DNA of 64,000 nucleotides. Origin: an uncultured Gemmatimonadales bacterium. GTDB taxonomy: Bacteria > Gemmatimonadota > Gemmatimonadetes > Gemmatimonadales > GWC2-71-9. Position numbers and translations under genes: made by a program. The DNA lies in assembly GCA_963826065.1 (NCBI GenBank), contig CAWGVP010000002.1, positions 1,139,361 to 1,203,360 of the forward strand. Reading direction: 5' to 3'. Positions 19,178-26,538 of the stretch are shown piece by piece (position 1 is the first letter of the stretch; the number at the start of each line of letters is the position of its first letter). A model generated the notes under the pieces. That model did no database searches and was not told where the DNA came from. It worked only from the letters and a program-made list of their open reading frames with translations.

Positions 19178-21025
19178 CTACTCGATGTGCTCGAGGTAGA
19201 CCGCCCCCCCTCCCGCCCCACCGACCACCAGGTCGAGGTCTCCGTCGCCATCGAAGTCCCCCGCGGCAGGCGCGGCGAGCGCCGGAACGGGCACGCTGAA
19301 CGTCGAGTCGCGCACCAGGCGCGCGGCGGCGGGGCTGCCCTCGTTCCGGAACAGCGCCAGTCCGTCGCTCTCCGAGCCCACCAGCAGGTCCAGGTCGCCG
19401 TCCCCATCGAGGTCCGAGAGCAGCGGGGCGCTGCGGCGGCCGATCCTGATGCCTTCGAACTCGTCGCTGATCAGCGTGAATGCCGGGCGCCCCGACCCGC
19501 CGTCGTTGCGGTAGAAATTGAGCCACCCCGACGATTCCCCGATGAGCAGGTCCAGGTCCCCGTCTCCGTCGAGATCGCCGAGCGTGGGGACGGTATTGCT
19601 GCCGCGGGTGATGGTCACGAGGGCGCTGTCCACCGGCTCGAATCCCCCGGCGGTTCCCGAGTACCATGCCAACCTCGGCCCCCACTGTCCGAGCAGCAGA
19701 TCCAGCCGGCCGTCGGCGTCGAGATCGCCGAACGCCGGAGCGACGTGGAACCGCCGGTCCAGCACGATCGGCGCCCTCAGCCTGAGCTCCGGGCGGCCGC
19801 GGGATCCGACGTTCTCCAGCCGATGGATGAACGAGGTCCGCAGATCCGAGGGATCGAGCTTGTTCGCGAGCAGCATGTCGAGGTCGCCGTCGCCATCGAG
19901 ATCGACGATCGATGGGATCGCCTCGCTTCCGACGTCGAGCACCGGAAGCAGCCGGCGGCTCCGGGTCTGCCACGTCTCGCCGTCGCCGCGAGACAGATAA
20001 TAGAGGTTGTCGGCTGAGGTCAGGAGCGGGTTGTAGGCCCCGCCGAGCACGCCCACCACCAGATCGGCTTTCCCGTCGCCGCTCAGATCCCCGAAGGCCG
20101 GCGCGTTGTACCCCGACGTCAACAACGGCCGGCCGATGGGAAACTGAACCGGCGTGCCGCGGAAGGACGGCGAGGGGCAGGTGCCGCCGTTGGGGATGAG
20201 GAGCAGCCCGGGCTCGAAGAAGTCGCCCCAGAAGAGGTCGAGGTCGCCGTCACCATCGTGGTCGGCCAGCGCCATGGTATTGGCGCCGTGCATGCTGGGT
20301 CCCGGCATGAGCGGCAACGGCGGGCCGATCTGTTGCCCCAGGATGCGAATGCCCTCGAACTCCTGTGCCACCAGCCTGAACCGGGGAACGGCGCCGGCCC
20401 CCGACGACTCCGCCTCGTAGCGTCCGACCGTGCCGTCGAGCCGCCCGATCAACAGATCGGAGCGTCCGTTGCAGTCCAGGTCGCCCAGCTGGGGAATGTT
20501 CTGCCGGTCGGAGAAGATCGGGGTGCCGCCGGTATCCTTCAGCGTATCCGCGGCGAGCACGAACTTGTACGCCCCCCGCTCGCCGTCGTTCCGATAGTAC
20601 TTGATGTAGCTGAAGGGCTGCTCCGCCAGGAGATCGAGATCACCGTCGGCGTCCACGTCGGCGAAGCGGAACCACTCGCCCACGTCGATACCGCCGTACT
20701 TCGGGGCGCGGTAGACGAATCTCGGCAGGCCGCCCTCCTCGCCATCGTGCTGGTACAGCGCCACGCTGCCGGTCACCTCCTGCACGAAGAGATCCAGATC
20801 GCCGTCCCCGTCCGCGTCCACCAGCTGCGGGCGGGGGGCCGTGAACCCGCCCACGAACGGCAGGCTCAACGCGCGGCCGGCGGTGTCCGCCACCGGAAAG
20901 GGCGAGATCACCGGGCGGAAGCGCGGTGCTCGGGCGGCTGGGACGGTGTCGTGGCCCGGCGGGGTCCCGCCGGCGCACGCCGCGACGAGACCGACCAGGA
21001 GAAGCGAGGCGAAGCGGACTATCAG
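19178..21025 (-). CDS. FG-GAP/VCBS-repeat (CRTAC1-like) lipoprotein
   Basis: At least 8 repeats of the type DxDGDGDLDL (VDADGDGDLDLFV, DVDADGDLDLL, DHDGDGDLDLF, DLDGDGDLDLL and others). The track start is GTG 20911. I extend to CTG 21025 because the upstream in-frame codons encode a lipoprotein signal peptide IVRFASLLLVGLVAAC (see findings). Confidence 0.85.
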   Translation of the reverse strand: MIVRFASLLLVGLVAACAGGTPPGHDTVPAARAPRFRPVISPFPVADTAGRALSLPFVGGFTAPRPQLVDADGDGDLDLFVQEVTGSVALYQHDGEEGGLPRFVYRAPKYGGIDVGEWFRFADVDADGDLDLLAEQPFSYIKYYRNDGERGAYKFVLAADTLKDTGGTPIFSDRQNIPQLGDLDCNGRSDLLIGRLDGTVGRYEAESSGAGAVPRFRLVAQEFEGIRILGQQIGPPLPLMPGPSMHGANTMALADHDGDGDLDLFWGDFFEPGLLLIPNGGTCPSPSFRGTPVQFPIGRPLLTSGYNAPAFGDLSGDGKADLVVGVLGGAYNPLLTSADNLYYLSRGDGETWQTRSRRLLPVLDVGSEAIPSIVDLDGDGDLDMLLANKLDPSDLRTSFIHRLENVGSRGRPELRLRAPIVLDRRFHVAPAFGDLDADGRLDLLLGQWGPRLAWYSGTAGGFEPVDSALVTITRGSNTVPTLGDLDGDGDLDLLIGESSGWLNFYRNDGGSGRPAFTLISDEFEGIRIGRRSAPLLSDLDGDGDLDLLVGSESDGLALFRNEGSPAAARLVRDSTFSVPVPALAAPAAGDFDGDGDLDLVVGGAGGGAVYLEHIE

Positions 21026-22104
21026 CGGCAGGGCCTGGAGGCGGAGGTCGTGCCGGGCCGCGCGGGCGTCATCCCGAGCCCGGCGGCGTAATGCCCGACG
21101 CTCAATACGGTCTCCACCTGGCGGCTCTCGATGCAGACCGCGACGACGGTGCCGGTGCCGGTGGGCTTTCCGCCGGCGTGATCGTGCACCCCGCCGAGCT
21201 GGTGCCGGTTGCCGATGAACATCCGGGAGCCGTCGGGCGAGAGCGCGATGCCGTGCGGCTGGCCGAAGCCCGCGTGCTCGGGAAGGACGCGCACCGACCA
21301 GTCTTGCGTATCGACCACGGCGACGCGGTTCGCGTTCAGCGCCGTGACGAAGATCTGGCCGCCGTCCGCGGTGAAAGCGGGCTCGAACGGGCCGTCGGGC
21401 ATCGCCAGCCCCCGGACGAGCCTGGGGGCGGTAGGATCGGCCAGATCGAAGACGAGGAGCGAATCGGAGAGCTCGGCGGTGACCGCGAGCAGGCTCCCAT
21501 CGGGCGAGACCGCGGCCTGAACGAAGCCGTGCGCCATCCCCGGCACGTCGAGCAGGCGCACCTCGCCCTGCTCCACGCCGACGCTCGCGATCTGGTTGGT
21601 TCCCAGGCTCGCGACGTACACCACGTCGCCGGCGGGATGGACCACGATCCCATGGGGGCGGGGAAAGAGCAGGTCCACCTCATCGACCATCTTCATGTCC
21701 GAGCGGCGGATCACCGCCATCCTCGGCGGCGGATTCACCGCACTCATCGAACGGCCGACGAACATCAGGTCTTTCGACGGGTGCAGCGCGATCAGGCCGG
21801 GTACTTCCATGTCCGCGCTGCCGAGCACCCGGCCCTTCGGATCCAGCTTGAGTACTTTCCCCGCTCCGATGAGCGTGACGTACCACGCGCTGCCGTCCGG
21901 CTCGACCTGCACGTGGTGCGGCTTGGCGTTGTCTCCAAAGCCGTAGCGGCGGAGATCCAGGGTTCGGATCACCCGCCGGGTCGCGGGATCGATGATGGAC
22001 ACCGTGGCGTCATCCTGGTTGGGCACGTAGAGCTGCGCCCGCAACGGGGGCGAGCCCAGGGCCAGCAGCGCGACGAGCGCCGCGCCCACGCGGCCGGCCG
22101 TCAC
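21022..22104 (-). CDS. YVTN/YncE-like beta-propeller protein, secreted
   Basis: Real part of track ORF 21022..22728. GTG 22104 overlaps the upstream TGA as GTGA. Signal-like VTAGRVGAALVALLALGSPPLRAQ. Repeats of the type PHGIVVHPAGDVVYVA and PHGIALSPDGSRMFI. Confidence 0.8.
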   Translation of the reverse strand: MTAGRVGAALVALLALGSPPLRAQLYVPNQDDATVSIIDPATRRVIRTLDLRRYGFGDNAKPHHVQVEPDGSAWYVTLIGAGKVLKLDPKGRVLGSADMEVPGLIALHPSKDLMFVGRSMSAVNPPPRMAVIRRSDMKMVDEVDLLFPRPHGIVVHPAGDVVYVASLGTNQIASVGVEQGEVRLLDVPGMAHGFVQAAVSPDGSLLAVTAELSDSLLVFDLADPTAPRLVRGLAMPDGPFEPAFTADGGQIFVTALNANRVAVVDTQDWSVRVLPEHAGFGQPHGIALSPDGSRMFIGNRHQLGGVHDHAGGKPTGTGTVVAVCIESRQVETVLSVGHYAAGLGMTPARPGTTSASRPCR

Positions 22105-24548
22105 GGCACGACCGTCCTGGGCTGATAGCGGATCAGGAACAGCCCTTCGCGCATGCTGGTGGCCGCCACGACGCCGCTCTTGAAGTAGGGGTAGTTGCTC
22201 CACGAGCCGGCGAATCCCGGCAGGTTCTCGCCGAACGGCACGGTATCGAAGTGGCCGACCTCGACCGGATTGGCGGGGTCGTTCACATCCACCACCCGAA
22301 GTCCGGCCACGTAGTTGGACTGGTACATGTACCGGCCGTTCACGTACAGGTTGTGATCCGAGGCCGCCGTATTGCCGTAGAACTCCTTGGCCACGACCGG
22401 ATCCTCGAGATCGGTCAGGTCGAACACCACGGTGCGGGTCTTGGGAGCGGTGCCGGCAAGCTCGTCGCCCTCGTCGTCGAGAAAGAAGTGGCGGTGGTCC
22501 TCGCTCAGCCATCCCTGGTGGGCGTACGCCACGTTGGGATAGGCGGCGGTGCTCAGAGTCTTGGGGTGTCCCTTGTCGGTCACGTCGGCGATGCCGAGCG
22601 CGGTCTCCGAGGACGTCAGGCAGATCTCGCGGCCCTGGTAGCGCGCGTCCGGGCCGTGGTAGATGACGCACTGGGCGTCGTGGGTGTACCCGGTGCGCTG
22701 CCGCCCGACGGTCGTGTCGGCGTAGCACCCCGCGAAGGCGGGCTTCGACGGCTCGCGAACGTCCACCATATGGAGCGCGCCGCCGCAGGTGGTGCCGCCC
22801 ATGCTGTTCCCCACCGGATAGGCGAACCCGGTGCTGGGGTTGATCACGATGTTGTGGGCGCTGGCGATCTTGTCGTAGTGCGCCGTCTCCTGGAACGTCT
22901 GGGGCGTGCTGACGTTGCGGAGCTGGGTGAGGTCGAACACCTGCATCCCGTGGGGGCCCGCGCCATCGGCCACGATGAACGCGTGGTTCTTGTAGACCTT
23001 CATGTCGCGCCAGATGTTGGACCGCGCCCCCTGGTGCATCGGCAAGTCGCCGAGATACTTCGGGTTCGCCGGGTCGGTCACCTCCACGAACGACGTTCCG
23101 TCGGTCCGGCCGACTATGGCGAACTCACGCCCGGTCGTCGAGTCGGTCCACCCCCACATGTCGTTCAGCAGGGTGCCCCGCTTGGCGCCGATCGCGCTCT
23201 TGGGCAGGAAGGCGACGAGGTCGGCGTCCTTGCAGTCGAACGCCTTGGCCTTGCCGCCCTCGCACTTCACTTCACCGCCGGTGACGGTCGGCAGCACGCT
23301 GGAGATGGTATCGCTCACCGCCGCGGACTGGCGCCACGCTCCGCCGGAGCCGGCGCGCCGATACAGCAGTCCGGTCCCCTCGAAGAAATAGGCCAGCGGC
23401 GCTCCCGCCACCGCGAGACCGTTGGCGGCCGCAAGCGAGGCCCCGAGCCGGTTGGCGAACCCGGCCGGCGGAGTGCTCAGGATCTGAACCTCCTTCCACT
23501 CCGATGGCCCCCCTCGGCGCAGCACGTGCACCCGGCCGAGGCTCTGGTCGGCCATCGGAGCGCCCACCAGCAGGTCGCTGCCGTCGCGAGCCAACGCCGC
23601 GCCAAAGCCGGCCGGCCCGCTCACCGTATCGGGCGTGAGCCGGCCCGCCGTCGTCCAGGCGGCGCCGTCGCGACGATACCGGAGGACGGCGCCGGTCAGG
23701 CTGTCCGCGAGAGGCGCGCCGACCAGTGCTTCCGCGCCATCGAACAGGACTGCTACCCCGACGGCGGCGATCCCGTCTTCCGCGGCGGGGCCGAGGCGGC
23801 CCTCCTCGGCCCAGGTGCCCCCGGAGCCTGCCCGGAACACGAAGGCCTGGCCCGGCTTCCGCTTGCTGGAATCGGAAGTCCACGCACCGGGCGCCCCGAT
23901 CAGCGCGCGCGGCCCATCGAGGGCGAGGGATGCGCCGAACCAGTCGTTCGCCGCGATGCCGGTTCCCTGAAGCACCGTCCGAACCTTCCACTCAGCCGCG
24001 CTCTTGCCCCGGCTGAAGACCACCACCGCTCCCTTCTCGCTTTCTCGGCCCGGAGCCCCCGCCAGCAGCACGCCGCCCTTGAGTGCCACGGCGGCCCCGA
24101 ACTGGTCTCCCTCCGCGCCGCCGGAGGCGGTGAGCCGGGTCCGCTCGGTCCACCGCCCGCCCGATCCCCGCTCGAACAGGTACACGGCCCCACCGCCGGC
24201 GGCACCCGGGGCGCCGATGGCGAGCAGGGCGCCGTCCACCGCGAGCGAGGTGCCGAAGCCGTCGCCCAGGGCTCCGTCCTTCGCGCTCAGCATCCCGGAC
24301 TCGGCCCAGCGGTCGCCGTCCCGTCGAAAGACGTGTACCGCGCCGGCGTGGGTCGCGGGGATGGGAAAGCCGATCAGCGTGCCGGGCCGGCCGATCAGCA
24401 CTTGGTCTCCCGCGATCGCGGCGGCGCCGCCGAAACCGATGGAGCCCGAGGGCTCGGTCCGGAAGGTCTGGGCCGAGGCCTGGAAGGTGACGAGGGCGAA
24501 GCTGACGAGCGCGGCGGCGAGGCTGAAGCACAACGGGACACGACGCAT
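22101..24548 (-). CDS. Secreted protein with N-terminal FG-GAP-like repeats and a C-terminal choice-of-anchor-B / LVIVD-repeat beta-propeller domain
   Basis: Start moved to ATG 24548 (MRRVPLCFSLAAALVSFALVTFQASAQ). The C-terminal region is LNDMWGWTDSTTGREFAIVGRTDGTSFVEVTDPANPKYLG..WRDMKVYKNHAFIVADG..GMQVFDL..GYTHDAQCVIY..AHQGWLSEDHRHFFLDDEGDE. Confidence 0.8.
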   Translation of the reverse strand: MRRVPLCFSLAAALVSFALVTFQASAQTFRTEPSGSIGFGGAAAIAGDQVLIGRPGTLIGFPIPATHAGAVHVFRRDGDRWAESGMLSAKDGALGDGFGTSLAVDGALLAIGAPGAAGGGAVYLFERGSGGRWTERTRLTASGGAEGDQFGAAVALKGGVLLAGAPGRESEKGAVVVFSRGKSAAEWKVRTVLQGTGIAANDWFGASLALDGPRALIGAPGAWTSDSSKRKPGQAFVFRAGSGGTWAEEGRLGPAAEDGIAAVGVAVLFDGAEALVGAPLADSLTGAVLRYRRDGAAWTTAGRLTPDTVSGPAGFGAALARDGSDLLVGAPMADQSLGRVHVLRRGGPSEWKEVQILSTPPAGFANRLGASLAAANGLAVAGAPLAYFFEGTGLLYRRAGSGGAWRQSAAVSDTISSVLPTVTGGEVKCEGGKAKAFDCKDADLVAFLPKSAIGAKRGTLLNDMWGWTDSTTGREFAIVGRTDGTSFVEVTDPANPKYLGDLPMHQGARSNIWRDMKVYKNHAFIVADGAGPHGMQVFDLTQLRNVSTPQTFQETAHYDKIASAHNIVINPSTGFAYPVGNSMGGTTCGGALHMVDVREPSKPAFAGCYADTTVGRQRTGYTHDAQCVIYHGPDARYQGREICLTSSETALGIADVTDKGHPKTLSTAAYPNVAYAHQGWLSEDHRHFFLDDEGDELAGTAPKTRTVVFDLTDLEDPVVAKEFYGNTAASDHNLYVNGRYMYQSNYVAGLRVVDVNDPANPVEVGHFDTVPFGENLPGFAGSWSNYPYFKSGVVAATSMREGLFLIRYQPRTVVP

Positions 24549-24672
24549 GGCTGTTGGTCCTGGGTTGAGGCGTGCGGAGAGTCTACACCCTGAGAACGGA
24601 CTTGGGAACATGACGGAGCGCTTAACGCGGAGATTCAACCCGCGTCCATCCCCCGGACACTCAACGAGAGGT

Positions 24673-25149
24673 ATGACGATGCAGCGACAGTATTTTCTGG
24701 CCATGGCCGTGACCGCCGGCCTGCTGGGGTACCATGCACCCGCGGCCGCCCAGAGCGACGACCGTCCCACACCAGGGGTAGCCGATTCCGGACGCAGGAT
24801 GCTCGACCCGGTGGGTCGCCTCCTGGAGCACCGCAACGAATTGAAGCTCACCGACGAGCAGGCAAGTCGGCTGGAAGCGATCCGGGCCGAGTACCTGGAC
24901 AAGCACCGCGGACGGATGGAGCAGCTCCGCCGCGACCGCGAAGCGCGCGCGGCCCTGCGGGCCAGCATGGACAGCACCCGCACTCAGGTCATGGCGGTCC
25001 TGACGCCCGAGCAGCAGAAGCAGGTGGAGGTGATGCGGGAGAAGGCGCGGAAGGAGTGGCGGGACGGGCGACATGGTCGCCGGCATCACGGTGGACACGG
25101 GCACGGGCATGGCGAGGATGATGACAAGGACCACAAGGACGACAGCTGA
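24673..25149 (+). CDS. CpxP/Spy/ZraP-family periplasmic protein with a His-rich tail
   Basis: Start moved to ATG 24673 with GAGAGG upstream. Signal peptide present. Two LTxxQ motifs (LTDEQASRL, LTPEQQKQV). C-terminus is HGRRHHGGHGHGHGEDDD. Confidence 0.75.
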   Translation: MTMQRQYFLAMAVTAGLLGYHAPAAAQSDDRPTPGVADSGRRMLDPVGRLLEHRNELKLTDEQASRLEAIRAEYLDKHRGRMEQLRRDREARAALRASMDSTRTQVMAVLTPEQQKQVEVMREKARKEWRDGRHGRRHHGGHGHGHGEDDDKDHKDDS

Positions 25150-25175
25150 CGGCCATCAGTCACCCTGAACTGGGA

Positions 25176-25203
25176 GAGGGGAGCATGCCGACATGCTCCC
25201 CTC
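25176..25203. terminator. Perfect 12-bp hairpin (GAGGGGAGCATG-CCGA-CATGCTCCCCTC) between convergent genes
   Basis: Lies 27 nt after the stop at 25149 and 21 nt before the minus-strand stop at 25224. No U-tract. Confidence 0.5.
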
Positions 25204-25223
25204 ACTGCACTCGACCAGGGCGA

Positions 25224-26411
25224 TCAGAACGGCAGGAGGTCGACCCAACCCTGCTCGTTGGCGACGATGGCCCTCTCTTCCGTGACGCCGATGCGCCGGG
25301 CGATTCCACCGACCCAGTACGTCTTCGTCACACTCAGGGAGGCACGGTCCAGCTCCACGACGACACTACCGACGCTGGTCAGCAGCCGGGACCCATCGGC
25401 GCTCTGCACGAGGTCAAAGGGGCCCGCGTTGGGCACCGAGCGCAGGGGGAGGGAATCGATCAGCGTCGGCCCGGCCAGATCCCACCTCTCGACCTGTCGC
25501 TTCCCTTCCATGGACACATACAGCTCCGCTCCACCCGGAAGCACGATAGCCTGGGGGCCGCCCGGGATAGTCAGGGAGCGGACAAGCTCATTGGACTGCG
25601 TACTGATCTCGAATACCTGACCCTCGCCCGGGACGGAGGCGTAGACGCGCTGATTCGTCGGGTGCAACGCCAACCCGTTCACCGGTGATGATGTCGGCAC
25701 ATGGTTGATGAGTGTGCCGGACCCGCTGTTCACCGCGAGTACACCGCCCGAACAGCCCAGGAACGTGACCGCCCCGCCCGGTCGCTCCCGGGCGGCGTGG
25801 AGATCCCCGCAGACCCCGGACTGATCGGTGAGAATCGGGTGGAGCTCGGTCTCCGTCGCCAGATCGAATACGGTATTGGCGAAGAAGGCACGCGCTCCAT
25901 CGTCACCGAACGCGACATAACTGGATCCGAAGTCATAGGTGGCGAGTACCGCACCCGTGGTCGCGTCGAGCCGGAGGACGTGGAAATCGAGCGTGGTGAC
26001 CAGCCCGGTTCCGGCATGGGCAGCCGCGCCGAACGCCCCACCGGGCACCGGGGTCCGGGGCCAGGTCAGGACCTCTACCGTCAGCCTCGCCGAGGCGCCC
26101 CCGCTTCGGGCTGTCAGGATCGTGGTCCCCGGCTCCAACGCGGTGATCACGTAGTCCGCGCTGACGGTCGCCACCGCCGCGTTGGTGCCCGAGAAATGCA
26201 CCGGCTCGCCGGGCATGAAATCGCCGTTGTTGTCCACGACGACAACCGTCAACGGCACCAGATCGCCCGACCGAACCGTTATCGCAGTCCCGGGGAGGAT
26301 GGTGATGGTCTCCGGGTCGGGATCGAGGTCGAACGAGGCCCGCTCGACGCACGCGCCGAACAGCGCGAGAGCCGGCAGGATGACCAACCAACGGTGAACC
26401 TGCCTCATCAT
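25224..26411 (-). CDS. Lipoprotein with a Big_2-like Ig domain and a beta-propeller region
   Basis: Start moved to ATG 26411 (MMRQVHRWLVILPALALFGAC). Ig-like segment ITILPGTAITVRSGDLVPLTVVVVD..ATVSADYVITALEPGTTILTA. YncE-like repeats follow. Confidence 0.75.
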   Translation of the reverse strand: MMRQVHRWLVILPALALFGACVERASFDLDPDPETITILPGTAITVRSGDLVPLTVVVVDNNGDFMPGEPVHFSGTNAAVATVSADYVITALEPGTTILTARSGGASARLTVEVLTWPRTPVPGGAFGAAAHAGTGLVTTLDFHVLRLDATTGAVLATYDFGSSYVAFGDDGARAFFANTVFDLATETELHPILTDQSGVCGDLHAARERPGGAVTFLGCSGGVLAVNSGSGTLINHVPTSSPVNGLALHPTNQRVYASVPGEGQVFEISTQSNELVRSLTIPGGPQAIVLPGGAELYVSMEGKRQVERWDLAGPTLIDSLPLRSVPNAGPFDLVQSADGSRLLTSVGSVVVELDRASLSVTKTYWVGGIARRIGVTEERAIVANEQGWVDLLPF

Positions 26412-26463
26412 GGGCCCGCCGATGGGAAAGGTGACTGCGACGCTGAGCCGCCCGACCGTCCTC

Positions 26464-26527
26464 GTTACCCGGAACGAAGTGAAGGGAGCCACGCCCGCAT
26501 GGCCCCCTTCGCTCCGCTCAGGGTGAC
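26464..26527. repeat. REP/MITE-like palindromic element, copy c (diverged left arm)
   Basis: GTTACCCGGAACGAAGTGAAGGGAGCC..GGCCCCCTTCGCTCCGCTCAGGGTGAC. Intergenic. Confidence 0.8.
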
Positions 26528-26538
26528 ACCGTCTTGCG

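Noticed and set aside
24605-24630. GGAAC motif upstream of the CpxP/Spy-like gene, as a possible ECF-sigma (envelope stress) -35 element
   Set aside because: No acceptable -10 (CGTC or TCnAA type) occurs at the 16-17 nt spacing; CGCGG follows after 16 nt. The evidence is too weak to call.
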